The position numbers and the translations under genes are program-made. The notes below the pieces were generated by a model. That model did not search any database and was not told the origin of the DNA. It was given only the letters and a program-made list of their open reading frames with translations. A stretch of 63,581 bases of DNA, filler included, from Saprolegnia diclina VS20 (lineage: Eukaryota), in the NCBI RefSeq assembly GCF_000281045.1. It is 9 parts of 4 records of this genome, joined end to end, with 100 filler letters (N's around TTAATTAATTAA, not from the genome) between each part and the next. Parts side by side here need not be neighbours in the genome. Positions count along the whole stretch, not along the records: positions 1 to 15,542 come from NW_008246178.1; positions 15,643 to 32,049 come from NW_008246179.1; 7 more parts are not named here. The stretch is one strand, 5' to 3'. Positions within the stretch are counted from its first letter, which is position 1. Each line of letters begins with the position of its first letter. Positions 10,886 to 23,436 of this stretch are shown here, one piece after another.

Positions 10886-13236
10886 TGGAGTGCAGTTATG
10901 CAGTAGACATAGTTTAGTGGAACGAGTATACAATATATCTTAGAGAGATGGACAAGTTAGCTCGAGTGAGATATCAAGTCAACATTGTGCTTGGGTCTTG
11001 CCGAGGTCATCCAGTGCTCGTCCAAGAAGCAGCTCGAAGATTTCGTCGAGAGGTTTGACTTGACGCTTGAAGACGCTCTTTGCGACGCGCGGCCGGTGAT
11101 GCGTTTGATGTCTTCCACCAGAGCATGGGCTACCACTCGATCGACGAGCTCATTCTCCGCCTCCTCAAGCGTATCACGTGGGTAGACGACCTCGCCCACG
11201 AGTGCGAGTGCTCGCCGTCAAATCGCGCGAGGTGCTTCTGTACCTCGCACCACGCCTGCTCACGACGCCAACGGCCTTGACCAACGTCCAAGCGATCGTG
11301 TTGTCGTGAAGCCCGAACACGGGTCCACGGTCGGATGTAGCTCAGTCGTCTTCAGTCGTAAAAAGGGATGTGATTGACGTCAATTGTCTACGTCTACAGC
11401 CTGCCAAAAGGCGGCACTATTACCAGACAGCTGTCTGGCCTTGGATTGGCTCGAATGCCTTGAGGGGTCGGTGTGTCACGCCGATGCACCGCCGGGACGC
11501 CACGTTGCGCGGGTCTTTGGTCGGCACGCGTCCATCCAGCAGGGGAATCCTTCAATCTTGAAGGTCGTGAGAGGGCCCTCGAACCTTCCTTGGCCACTTG
11601 GCGAGGTCTTGGCCCAAAAGGCGATTGGCGCCTCACGACAATGCCCACGGCGGCCATACAACATGTCCGGCGCAAAAACGTGGGGCGCCATCGAAGCGTG
11701 TCGGTCTTGACTGTCACCACCGCCAACCGAGGTCCTGGGCGCCGCGCTACAGCCGTTGCGCGTGGCCATTCCGAGACCAAGAGTCGTCCTTGGAAGCGGC
11801 CTGCCGTCGTCCTCGTCGTGGTCTCTTCCAGAACACGCGTGCCCACTCCGTCGTCCTTGAGCTTGCTCTTCCTGACAGTTGCCTCCGCGGCGTCTTGCCC
11901 AAGCTTGATCTCCTTGCTGGTAATCACGGCCTCGATTCGGAACGACTGATGCGTCTTGTTTTCGTCCCCGGCCCGCTGCACCGCGGTCGTCGTTTCAAAT
12001 CTCGGCATGGGCTGCATGGTACGATTCCAAGTAGTGGAAGAAGGGTTTTGCGCAAAAGGTCGAGCAAGCGAAAGACCCGAGAAGATCCGTGCTATAGATA
12101 GAGGATAGAANNNNNNNNNNNNNNNNNNNNNNNNNNNNNNNNNNNNNNNNNNNNNNNNNNNNNNNNNNNNNNNNNNNNNNNNNNNNNNNNNNNNNNNNNN
12201 NNNNNNNNNNNNNNNNNNNNNNNNNNNNNNNNNNNNNNNNNNNNNNNNNNNNNNNNNNNNNNNNNNNNNNNNNNNNNNNNNNNNNNNNNNNNNNNNNNNN
12301 NNNNNNNNNNNNNNNNNNNNNNNNNNNNNNNNNNNNNNNNNNNNNNNNNNNNNNNNNNNNNNNNNNNNNNNNNNNNNNNNNNNNNNNNNNNNNNNNNNNN
12401 NNNNNNNNNNNNNNNNNNNNNNNNNNNNNNNNNNNNNNNNNNNNNNNNNNNNNNNNNNNNNNNNNNNNNNNNNNNNNNNNNNNNNNNNNNNNNNNNNNNN
12501 NNNNNNNNNNNNNNNNNNNNNNNNNNNNNNNNNNNNNNNNNNNNNNNNNNNNNNNNNNNNNNNNNNNNNNNNNNNNNNNNNNNNNNNNNNNNNNNNNNNN
12601 NNNNNNNNNNNNNNNNNNNNNNNNNNNNNNNNNNNNNNNNNNNNNNNNNNNNNNNNNNNNNNNNNNNNNNNNNNNNNNNNNNNNNNNNNNNNNNNNNNNN
12701 NNNNNNNNNNNNNNNNNNNNNNNNNNNNNNNNNNNNNNNNNNNNNNNNNNNNNNNNNNNNNNNNNNNNNNNNNNNNNNNNNNNNNNNNNNNNNNNNNNNN
12801 NNNNNNNNNNNNNNNNNNNNNNNNNNNNNNNNNNNNNNNNNNNNNNNNNNNNNNNNNNNNNNNNNNNNNNNNNNNNNNNNNNNNNNNNNNNNNNNNNNNN
12901 NNNNNNNNNNNNNNNTCAAACCCCGCGATGTCATGTTGAGTAATTGAGCAATTGTGCCACCACCTCAAAAAATGAAAAAATGGATTTACACGTGATGACG
13001 TCACGTTCAGCGTCGGAAACGACATGTACACCGTTCAGTGAGTGTGTAGAGAGGCCTACATATCTCCTACGTGGGGTTGGCGAGTCTGTGGGCTGCTACT
13101 CGTCATTGTGGAAGCGGATACGCACACTATATAAGACGTAGTCTTGTGATTGGCTATAAAGAATTTAAAATTGAGCCAATAGAAACCATGTCAGTCGAGT
13201 TTCAAATCGACGCCAACATGGCCTGCAATGCTACCA

Positions 13237-13323
13237 GCTGTCAAGCTGCCTGGTATACTTATAGCCAAGGGAATAATAGTTATTCCCAGAGTTATTCCCT
13301 TGGCTACCAGGTAGCTTGACAGC
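13237..13323. repeat. 87-nt foldback/hairpin
   Basis: GCTGTCAAGCTGCCTGG (13237-13253) pairs with CCAGGTAGCTTGACAGC (13307-13323), 1 mismatch. TAGCCAAGGGAATAA (13262-13276) pairs perfectly with TTATTCCCTTGGCTA (13292-13306). Confidence 0.75.
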
Positions 13324-14079
13324 ACCGCCGTTCGGAAGATTACTTCAGTGACCATGAGCAATGGTCACAACTGTGAAGTACGGACCCACTTATTGCCGAG
13401 CTCACGGACAAGGCTGCGTCGACGACGGGTGGCGTCCAGAAGGCCAGCCTTGACGCGCTTGTTGCGATTCACAACCGCGTCGGCTCCAAAGTCTTGGCGT
13501 CGACTGTACTTGCGGTGGAGGATGACCTCCACGGCCTCCTCACCACAGACGACGACCTCCTTCTTGTGCACGCGAGCAACGGCCTCGCGCTTCTACTTGA
13601 CGTGTGACAGCAATGCGCCTGCTGGACGACTTGTCAAAAATCGTGACGTCCATTGCCATACTTATTTAAGGGAATTTTCGGGATTGTCCAACTTGCCAGG
13701 ACGTATTCATGACGTGTTTCGCAGAAATCTGCGTATTTTACAGAAAGGTACCCAAGCCATGACGCCTTTTGCAAATTTCCCCGCCTGGAGGCATCACACA
13801 AGCAGGCAAACTCCGAAATTATCGCTCCAAAGCACGAAATTTGCCTACTGAAGGCTTGAACTTACTGTGTATTTCGCCAACAGCCCCGATAAATTATTTG
13901 ACGCTTGGACTCGTTACTAGGAACTGTTAGCCACCATCTTCGATGCCTAGGAGCACCATACAAGGCAAAACCTGAAATTACTGCCTCAAAGTACGATACC
14001 AGCCTACCCAAGGCATAGACTCATCCTGTATTTCACACACAGCTCCGATTCGTCTCCCGTCGATTGGAGTAATTACTTT

Positions 14080-15345
14080 GGACCACTTGGTGTCGCGAAT
14101 CAAATGCGGCAGCAAGCTCTCAAAGTCCGTGTCGTGGGCCACAATCGCGAGTGACGCGCCAGTATTCTATCGTTGCGGCTTGGAGCGTCTCTTGGCGCGC
14201 CAGAACGCACGCTCGTGGCCAACGTCTCGTCTACACGGGCCAGAACATCACACATCCAGACGTATCGATCGGTGTAGTACCTGTAAGAACGCTCTTGCTG
14301 AGCCATCGGTCCGCCGAGCACCTTGTTGCCGAGCCGAGAGTGGACGGCCTAGGCGACGCACGTGATGGCGCATCCGACTGCATACATTGTGCCAATGGCC
14401 GCGAGCGGTCCACGCTCTGGAGGCGCGTCAGTAGAGACTGTTGAGGTAGGCCCATACCGAGCGTCGCTCGGCGCAGGTCTACGTAATGGGCTTGCAGGAG
14501 CGCATCTCGGCGGCTCGTGGCCGTCGCGAGACAGAAGCCGTCGAGAAAATTGGCCAAGGCTCCGCCCTCGGGCCGACTCGGTGGCTCGTCACGCATACAG
14601 ATGTTGCGCCATACCTACAGCGACGTCGCGTGAGCGCCTCAGCCTGAGGTCTGCGTCCGGCTGGCCAAACGTACCTCGTCCCGGCCCGCCGAATGGGACG
14701 ATGGACACGGACTCGACAGTCTGCCGGTGGAGCGCGGTCGGCGACAGCGGGGAGAGGAGGCGGTCCTTCTCGGACGTGCCATGGCGCAGCACGAGCTCAA
14801 TCTCGGCGTCTACCAACACATCGTCAGTCCATCGTCCGGATCATCATCGTCGGGGCCAGCCTCGACTGGTACTACATCACGAATGTCGACTTATTCAAGG
14901 TCAACGTCCGAGGCGGCCCTGTACCGGCTCTGGGTGATGCTCGTCGGCGTCGCGATGCACCAAGTGTGGTCGCACCGCAATCACCGCAAGCACCGCGACC
15001 GGCAGATCCCTTCCACGCAGGCGCTCGTGGAAGTCTCCTTCCTCCTGTGGATGTCGACCGTCCGACGATGGCTCCGTCTCCAAGGCGCCGATGACCTCGA
15101 AGCGAACGCAACCCGGGCCGCACTCGCCTTGCTCTTCCGCCAAGAATCCTACGCTGCACTGCGAGCCAAGCATCCCCGGTTTCTGCACCTCGACTCGTCT
15201 TTCTGTGCACTAGCAGCTTGCACTAGCCTCCTTGCCGAGTGCGCGACCAGCACTCGCCCCTCCCGTCGTCCCACCGTGTAGCACCCTACTGGTAAAGGAC
15301 TGGATTGAGCTTCGGCAAGATTAGTACAGTGTAGTAGCACTTAAA
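14080..15345 (+). mobile_element. Degenerate 3' fragment of a non-LTR (L1/Tx1-like) retrotransposon ORF2
   Basis: Frameshifted GC-rich ORFs ending in LW..LVGVAMHQVWSHRNHRKH...FLLWMSTVRRWLR, which resembles the W-xx-RN motif after the zf-RVT region of L1-clade ORF2. No RT core is visible; boundaries are approximate. Confidence 0.55.
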
Positions 15346-15542
15346 TGGTCTAGTGCAGTTTTCGATTTTCTGTTTTGTACACGAATGTCGAGAAAAGTCG
15401 CCTGCAATTTTGAATATGTGATGATTCTTGAAAAATACGCTGACGGATATAATTCGGAATTTATTTCCATGTCGCTCATATTTATATTGGTAATAACATG
15501 CTTGAATGTGAATAAAAATCCAGCTGGCTATATGGTCGCGCA

Positions 15543-15642
15543 NNNNNNNNNNNNNNNNNNNNNNNNNNNNNNNNNNNNNNNNNNNNTTAATTAATTAANN
15601 NNNNNNNNNNNNNNNNNNNNNNNNNNNNNNNNNNNNNNNNNN
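15543..15642. other. Assembly spacer N44-TTAATTAATTAA-N44 (also at 32050, 35079, 46720, 49196, 50729, 52567, 55323)
   Basis: An identical 100-nt construct with a six-frame stop linker occurs eight times. Confidence 0.97.
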
Positions 15643-15686
15643 TTATAAAACAACACAGGATCGCAGCGATGGCGTCGAGTAGAGTC

Positions 15687-16733
15687 TTAGCAGTAGATGG
15701 TGACAATGTACGATGTGGACGCACCGCAGACCCACGTCTGCTTGTCATCGGGGACGCGGTAGGCATCGGCGCAGCCAAATTGCTTGCAGTAGAGGTTTTT
15801 GCAGTTGCTGCCGCCGCTTGAGTTGACGACCTCGACCGTCATGCCAACGTTGAAGCCCTTGTTCTTGCCAATGCAATGGTCCCAGTACGGCCCACAGTCG
15901 TTCGGGATCGCCGAGATGTCGTAGTTGACCTTGCCCGTTGCCGGATCCAGAAAGCTCTCAAAGAGCGTCGCGTCTTGGCCCGGACCGCTCTTGAACATGA
16001 CATTCCCAACAAAGTCGTTGATACCAAAATCCTTGAAGCTGCCGCCGGCGATCTGCGTGTTGTGGTCTTTGTATGGCTGCGTTCGCCACCACAGGTCCAG
16101 CGGCTGGTTGCAGCCATTCTGGATGCGATAAACGCTGGCTGCAACGGGCGCCGGCGTCGGAGCTTGCGTTGGGGCAGGCGTGGGAGCGGGTGTGGGAGCA
16201 GGTGTGGGGGCAGGCGTCGGGGCAGGCGTCGGAGCAGGCGTTGCAACAGGGGTAGGGTTGGGTGTCGGCGCCACAGTTTCCGACTCGAGCGAGGCCGTCG
16301 TGTTTGAGGGCGAGGGCGTCGTGGTGGTCGGCGCCTCAGTCGCAATCGCGGTTGTGTTGTCGGTCGTCGGGATTGGTGTGATCGACGGCGGCAACGTGTT
16401 GTCACTGCCTCCGCCACGGACCATGACCTCGGACGCGTTGGGTGCAACGGCCGTCGGCGCCGGCGTCGTGAGCGCCGAGCGTTGATTGGCCTCGGACGAG
16501 CCGTTGGACATGGCGACAATGACGCCAATAGAAACACCGACGACAAGCAGCGCGGCGGCGAAGATAGCAAGCACGCGGTTCCGGCGCTGGCGCTGAATGG
16601 ATTCGACAAAGTCGTCCGAGTCCTTGTCGTCCGTGGCGCGCCCAAGGAAGCTCGTCTCGCGGATCTCGTTGGTGGCAGGCGTGCCGCTCATGGGCGTGAT
16701 GTTGACGACGGTGTCCGCGTCGTGTACTGCCAT
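15687..16733 (-). CDS. Type II membrane-anchored thaumatin-like protein with Pro/Thr-rich stalk (copy 1)
   Basis: Intronless 348-aa ORF: basic RQRRNR, hydrophobic TM, (PAPT)n stalk, then RIQNGC...TLFE...YDISAIP...GFNVGM...C...C.DAY..PDD..T..C...Y.VT.YC, the short thaumatin-fold pattern. Confidence 0.85.
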   Translation of the reverse strand: MAVHDADTVVNITPMSGTPATNEIRETSFLGRATDDKDSDDFVESIQRQRRNRVLAIFAAALLVVGVSIGVIVAMSNGSSEANQRSALTTPAPTAVAPNASEVMVRGGGSDNTLPPSITPIPTTDNTTAIATEAPTTTTPSPSNTTASLESETVAPTPNPTPVATPAPTPAPTPAPTPAPTPAPTPAPTQAPTPAPVAASVYRIQNGCNQPLDLWWRTQPYKDHNTQIAGGSFKDFGINDFVGNVMFKSGPGQDATLFESFLDPATGKVNYDISAIPNDCGPYWDHCIGKNKGFNVGMTVEVVNSSGGSNCKNLYCKQFGCADAYRVPDDKQTWVCGASTSYIVTIYC

Positions 16734-18001
16734 CGTTGGTCAGTGAAGTAATTTCGGAAATGCAGCGCCGTGGCGCCGACGATATTACGCGCGGCTTGCA
16801 CTTGGCCCATTACTCTCTTTTGTGCGCTCTCTCTATGTGCTCTCAAGAGATCTCAATGGTATTATATGGATCGCTTATATGTATATTTGTAAATGGAATT
16901 TGAAGGAATAATTAAAATAGTATGTGAGCGGTGCCATTACGCACGGCCGTGTCACACTGCTGCGATCTTGACGCGTTAATAATATGTCATAAACAATGGC
17001 GTTCATCACGTGGAGCATTCTTGACAGCGCTGGCACCGTACCGTAGATGGGGCTGCTATGCACGATACTTGTAGAGGTCGAGCAGCACGCGCATGGGTGC
17101 CGGTACCGCGACCAGGTTTGCAGCGACGTCATGGACGTGTTTTGGTACCGAGCTTTTCGAGCTTTTATAGCGTCGGGTCCCATGGTGGAGTCCAGTGCCC
17201 ATGCAGGGCCCATGCAGGTTCTGCGGCATGGCAGGGGATCGGTTATTGGTGCGATACCTACAGGTTGACGTTTTTCTACTCAAAGCATCAGTGCAAGCGA
17301 GGTACGTTGAATATCCAGGGGCCTTTCGCGACGACAACATACTGTAGCTTCGACAAACTTTCCTGGTGCATGAAGCAGTGACAAGACATATCAGTAGCTG
17401 GCGAATGATCTACACACGTATTGACAGCACATCGGTCTGTGCCCTCGACATTAGCATCCGCATCTCCATCAGGGCTGGCGTTGTCAATGAGCCATGCGCC
17501 GTTCGCCTGCCAACTTTGCTCTTGTCAAGTACAGAAGCAAATATTATCCTTACCAACTCTAATAACGAGGCTGTTGCAACTAGCAACAATACACAGCATG
17601 GACCTTTGCGTGGTCTTTTAAACTCGTCAAAGCGAATCCAGAAAGCGTGTGCGTTTGTGCAGGGCTGGGGTAGGTTTAGGTTTTCTCGCGGACGCTGTGC
17701 ATCGATGCCAGCAACCGCTCTACCATTGTTGCAATTTAGTTCAAAAGACAAAGCATGCAAACAGAAGAGCCGTCTGATCTTTTCCGGGCTCGTAGCTCAT
17801 CAAACTCTTTGTCATTGGACTGGTCGTGAGATTTTGTTCACGGTGCTCCAATCTCTCTCTGTTGGTGCACTTTCCAACTTGCAGTGCCTTTGTTCCTCAC
17901 AAAGACAGCATGTTTTGAACGAAATGACACAGTATCAAAACGATTTTATCTAGCACGGTGTTGCGCGTACCGCGAGGAGTATACTGTGAGGGTCTGGGTC
18001 C

Positions 18002-19042
18002 TTAGCAAAAAATGGTGACAATGTACGAGGACGACGCGCTGCAGACCCACGTCTGCTTGTCGTTGGGCACTTGGTACGCATCAGAGCAGCCCTTGTACAT
18101 GCAACTGAGGTTCTTGCAGCTAGGGCCACCGCTTGGGTTGACAACTTCGACCGTCATACCAACGTTAAAGCCCTTGCCCTTGCCGGTGCAGAAGTCCCAC
18201 GACGCGCCACAGTCGTTCGGGATCGTCGAAATATCGTACCACACCTTGCCGCCGGCGAGCTTGCCTTCAAAAAGCGTCGCGTCCTGGCCAGCGCCGCTCT
18301 TGAACATGACGTTGCCAGCGCCAAAGTCAACAACGCCAAAGTCCTTGTGAGCACCGCCAGCGAGCTGCGTGTTGTGGTCGGCATACGGCTGCGTGCGCCA
18401 CCACAGGTCAAGCGGCTTGTCGCAGCCGTTCTTGATGCGGTAGACGCTGGCCGCGATTGGTGCGGGCGCCGGGGCTTGTGTCGGCGCAGGCGTCGGGGCG
18501 GGGGTTGGCGCAGGTGTGGGAGCCGGGGTCGGGGCAGGCGTCGGGGCAGGCGTCGGCGCCTCGGTGGTCGTCGGCGCCGGCGTCACATCTTCGGACTCGA
18601 GCTTGCCGGTGGAGGCCGTCGTCGGGACAGGCGTTGTGGCGTTTGTCGCCTCAGGAGCAGTCACGTTTGTCGGGAATGGTGTCATTGATACAAGATCTGG
18701 GACGGCGCCGGGCGCGGTCCCTCCGACCGTCACCTCGGCCGGCGCTGGCGTCGTGGCCACGGGCGTCGACGGAGCAAGACCCGAGCTTTGGCTCGCATCC
18801 GATGAGCTACCAGTGGCAGCAACGATGACACCAATGGCGACGCCAACGACGAGAAGGCCGGCGGCAAAGATGGCGAGGATGCGGTTGCGGCGCTTGCGCT
18901 GGAGCACTTCCTCGTACTCTTCCGAGTCCTTGTCGTCCGTAGGGCGCCCGACGAATTCGGTTTCGCGCCACTCGACAATGTCGTTGGCCGCCGCCGACGT
19001 GTTTCCGGGCGTGATCGTAATGATGCTGTCCTGTACTGCCAT
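18002..19042 (-). CDS. Type II membrane-anchored thaumatin-like protein (copy 2, tandem paralog of copy 1)
   Basis: Intronless 346-aa ORF colinear with 15687-16733 (RKRRNR + TM + PAPT repeats + WYDISTIP...GFNVGM...CSDAYQVPND). Confidence 0.85.
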   Translation of the reverse strand: MAVQDSIITITPGNTSAAANDIVEWRETEFVGRPTDDKDSEEYEEVLQRKRRNRILAIFAAGLLVVGVAIGVIVAATGSSSDASQSSGLAPSTPVATTPAPAEVTVGGTAPGAVPDLVSMTPFPTNVTAPEATNATTPVPTTASTGKLESEDVTPAPTTTEAPTPAPTPAPTPAPTPAPTPAPTPAPTQAPAPAPIAASVYRIKNGCDKPLDLWWRTQPYADHNTQLAGGAHKDFGVVDFGAGNVMFKSGAGQDATLFEGKLAGGKVWYDISTIPNDCGASWDFCTGKGKGFNVGMTVEVVNPSGGPSCKNLSCMYKGCSDAYQVPNDKQTWVCSASSSYIVTIFC

Positions 19043-20112
19043 GGCGCTCGTCGTCCTGCAGTTGGCTTTGGTTGTGGCGCCTGTTCATGGCAGGCACGAT
19101 TTGTGTGCTCCCACCAGGTGGCGACGCCTGTTTATTTTTAACACTTGCCGATTGTATCGAAGTAGATTAAAATACGACACACCCCAAGACTGTGGAAAAA
19201 GCTACGCTTTTATCGAACTGGACGGAGAAGCGTGGCATTACGAGCGCGTATAAGTCACGACCAACTTCAAGAAGCCTCTGCCGTGGCCCCCCAGGAGGAC
19301 CTACACAAACGATCCTGTCGCTACTACCGGTATGTCGACAACGGATAATGGTGGAATCGAAGCAAAGAGCCCGAGAGCCCCGTGGCGCCAACTTGGTCGA
19401 TATTCGGAAAAGTAATAGGAATGAGGATTTTTCTACCGCCTATCGCGACGACAAGCTGTCGCAGACAAATAGAAATGCAGCACAACCAAGTCGCGATCCC
19501 GCCGTCGGCATCCCCTCGATCGATGGAAAGCGGGTGGGTCCAAAACGGTGTCGACCTGACAGGCGGCTAAAACATCTGCAAGTTCGGAATCGAACGGGCC
19601 GGCGCTGCATACAGCGTCCAAGCCGCTTCGTCCATGAACGAACCGACTCGAAGCATTTGGTACAATCCAACCTGACGTTGCACGATGCGACAGCAACGTC
19701 GTGCGGCTACAGATTTCGTCTTCTCGCAGCGTTCGGCGTCTCCTGTGCGACAGCAATGTGCCCACACGGGGCTGGCCACCATGGCCAGCTCCGTGCAGCT
19801 CCATCGTTCCATTTGATGGACGCTTTGTTGTCGACGCCGCCATGCTTGTCAATGGTTGTGGCAAAGTGAGATGCGTGTGGTGGAATGCTGCAGCGGCGGG
19901 CGAGGCGAGGCGGGTGGGAAAAACCCGGCGTGTCCCAACACAATGGCGCCAGCACGATCGACGCCCGCGTCAGCGCCGAGTGGCGTAGGACGATGCGTAC
20001 CTTCCTCCCATGCATGCAGCTCTTCCACGCATGTTGCATTCCCTAGCTTGTGCTTGTGCAATGGTTCATAGCGCAGTGCTAGCGCAATGGCGCAGACTAT
20101 GGACGCGGGACG

Positions 20113-21308
20113 ATGTCCGGAAACGGGCCGCTTATCCGGACAATAGAAAGGATGCTGCCCGAGGTGCGCTGGCTACGAGCGGCGCGGCTCCTTCCGCCGC
20201 AAGAAGGCACCGCGCTCAAAGGTACTGAGGCGCGTGGCCCTCGCTGATTCTAAAGATGTGCGGCAGAGATGGTTGTCCGGCGGGACCCAAGGCTACAGGC
20301 GCTGGCGACGTGCCAAGACGACACCGCACTCCTGCGCCTCGTGGCCGCCGAAGTTGGTACGACGATGACCATCGCCTCTGTCCTGCACGGAGATGTGATA
20401 GTGAGCGCTGCTTTCCGGGCGTGGTACGCAGTGTACGACAATATCGCCATGTCGACCGACGCCGCGCGCTCGCTGCACGACAACACGTCGGTCGACGATG
20501 GCGGTGGATGCACATTGTCGTCGTCGCTCGTGTACGGCGAGGTGGACTTTTTCGGCTTTGCTCGGCTTCTCGAAGCATTGGCGCCACAGGCTGGCCAGGT
20601 GCGATGGCGTGTGATCTGCAGCTACCCGGTAGTGACGACATCCTTGGCGCGTAGGTCTTCTACGACCTCGGGCACGGCACGGGTCGCGCCGTCTTGGCTG
20701 CGGTAAACAATCAACTTTTTGCGCGATTTACTTATCAGCAGATCATGTTCAGGCGCTATTGCATCCGCAGCTTACGTGCGTTGGCATCGAGCTTGTACAT
20801 GCGCTCGTCAAAGCCTCTTGGGTCGCCTTACATGCGATGCCACTGCCGGTGCAACACCCATGTATCTCGTTGTTGGTCAAGATCTCTCGACTAGAACGTG
20901 ATCTTGGAGCATGGCGATATCCTCACACACGCTGCGTGGTGGTACTAGTATACAAACTCGCCCCGCAATCGTCGATTTGACGAGAACTGTCCTAGGCGCG
21001 ACGGCGACATTGTCTTTGTCAACTGCACGTGCTTTACGGCCGACCTCTTCCGCGCAGTGGAGGACCGTGCGTGCTGCATGAAGCCCGGGAGTCTCTTCGT
21101 GTCACTCACCAAGGTACTGTACTCTCTCTCGCTGCGGCAAGATGGTCGGCTCTAAGAACGACAATAGCGGCTTCGCCGCGCCTTGCCGTTCACGCGGCGA
21201 GGCCATATGAAGATTCGAACAAGTTGGGGCCACGAGACGGCGTACATTTATCAGAAACAGGATGCGCCTTCTTCGATGGAGGCGATGTATAGATCGACCT
21301 TGTGCTAA
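20113..21308 (+). CDS. DOT1-like class I SAM-dependent methyltransferase, multi-exon, 5' end uncertain
   Basis: Spliced motifs LVYGEVDF, VFYDLGHGTGRAVLAA, CVGIEL, DIVFVNCTCF, KPGSLFVSLTK and TSWGHETAYIYQK. Stop TAA at 21306-21308. Confidence 0.72.
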
Positions 21309-21787
21309 GATCTCCAGCAAAGATGTTCTTTGCCTTGATACCCTTGGAACAGAATTGCCGTGAATGGCAAGCGAGTGTATCTCATAGCAACGAGAACCTT
21401 GGTTGGAAACCTCATCGACCCGACAGCCACCGCGAGAAAGACGCAACACGATTGGAAAAAGCACAGCGGCCCCTCTCGTACGACTGCACTACTAGGTGCC
21501 ATCTTGGACGTGGCCAAGAGCGTCATCATTCTGCGCAAGGACTCCGGTTGCTATCGAGACACGTGTGCGTCAGGCGCCGAGTTGGCGGCTTGGTTGAAGC
21601 TGGCGAATCTTTGGCCCGGCAAAGTTCGACTTACACTAATTGCGTTTTACTCAATGCTGAATATGGCGTGAGAAATGTCGACCTTCTTCAAGGTTGAAGT
21701 CTCCACTCGATCGAACACTATTTCGTGTATTTGCCCATCATGGTGGAGAAAATATGGAAGCCAAGCTCGTCCCACAACTCGGCTGCA

Positions 21788-23436
21788 ATGGAACGCACGC
21801 AGCAGCCCGTCGTCTTGGTGCATGGTACGTAGGACGCTTAAGGCGATGGCAGTCGATTCACGACCGGTAGGCGCCTTCGGCTGGGGCCAGAAGACGCCGC
21901 TGTTTGGGGCCATGCCGTCATACTGGCCGCTGCAAGACCTCAACGAGATCAACCCCAACTACCTCGTCGTCGCCGTCGGTCCGATCTCATCCGACTACGA
22001 CCGTGCTTGCGAAGTCTTTTACCAGCTCTACGGTGGTCAAGTCGACTATGGCGAAGCGCACGCCCAGACCTGCGGTGCCGTTGCCACAGTCATCCCGCGG
22101 CTCTTGACAATGGACTAGGCCACCTGCGCTTTGGTGTGACGCACGAAGCTATGCATCCCAACTGGGGCGAGGTGCGCGTGCAAATTATGCTCAAAGCTCA
22201 TCTATACGGGTGGTAGGACAATCCGGTGCACTTGCTCGGACACAGTTGCGGCGCCACGACCTGTACGTCTGCCATTCTCCAATGAATTGCTAACATTATG
22301 TAGCCATCGAGCTCTACCAATTGTTGTGCAAGGACCATTTCGGTGTTGGGAGCAGTCACAAGTGGGTCAAGAGCATCATTTGCATCTGTGGCCCGCTCAC
22401 CGGGTACGAACCATGTCGTGAACGAGCGTATGCGAAAGTCTACGCGTAGATCAACGCTCAGCAATCTCTTGGGGATTGGCCCTAACTCGAAGCTTGCTCT
22501 CCTCAGCGGTGGCCACCTCGTTGGGTCCTCATTCGCGCTCTTCTGGAAGCTCCAGGAATGCTACCTTCCGTCGCTCAAAGCCTTGTACGATCTCAAGATG
22601 GAGCACTGGAATAACATGACGTCATGGCGCGACGTCTTCTCGCCGGACAGCTCGCTCTTTACGAGCCACGACATTTGTACGAACTCATGGTGCACGCCAA
22701 TTCTTGACGACGAATAGTGTGGGACGATATCGTCCCCGCGACGCGCCTTCAGAAGAACCAAGCGCTCATTGAGATGGACAAGGTTCATCTCTTTAGCGTC
22801 GTGACGTGTGCCAAAGACTACCCACACGTCCTCTCTGGCATGACGTGGTTTCTCAGTCTCTTCACGAACCGCATGAACAAGCACGAGCCGTTCCATGGTA
22901 CATCTTTATCGACAAACTAGCAATCGAACGCCAGCCTCTTCCTAGGCTTTGACAGCCGACATTGGGCCAACAATGACGGCGTCGTCAACACGTACTCGCA
23001 AGTGTACCCGCGCGTCAAGTGCGGCCGCTTCACGCCCGTGCCCGGCGCCTGCCCGCCACTACCAAGCCACACACCTGCGAGTGGCAGCCACCTTCCGATG
23101 CCTGGCAACTACACACCTGTGCCCGGGAACCACCCAGTCGTACCGACGAGCTACACGCCTGGATCTGGCGGTCATCTTTCGTTTTCGGGCAGTGACTCGC
23201 CAGCAGTTGGGACGTGGTCGCCCGCTGAGTCGCACATTTCATTCGATTTGGATGCGCAGGACGGCGCAAGCGCGCCACTCAAGGGCCGGTGGTACACGTA
23301 CCACGTCGAGAAAAACCACTTTTGTGGCACGTTTCTCGATGCCGACGCGCGTGATCTGTACTGCAACCTCTTCAAGCTCGTCAACAAGTACAGCAACATC
23401 GTGCCGGAAGAAGATGATTCGGATACAATGGCGTAG
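21788..23436 (+). CDS. Alpha/beta-hydrolase lipase resembling Geobacillus/Staphylococcus (family I.5/I.6) lipases, copy 1
   Basis: Spliced PVVLVHGAFGWG, VGPISSDYDRACEVFYQLYGGQVDYGEAHA, PVHLLGHSCGA (GxSxG), NDGVVN (Asp) and KNHFCG (His). An alternative in-frame ATG is at 21740. Confidence 0.85.

Noticed and set aside
10957..12110. Broken minus-strand ORFs that might be retroelement gag remnants (also 1-653 and 13365-13600)
   Set aside because: No diagnostic motif, LTR or TSD could be identified; left unannotated.
15587..15598. TTAATTAATTAA palindrome recurring eight times
   Set aside because: Always centred in a 100-nt N spacer; an artificial six-frame stop linker from scaffolding.
16150..16270. 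12-bp tandem DNA repeats (also 18460-18580)
   Set aside because: Fully explained by the PAPT stalk coding sequence.
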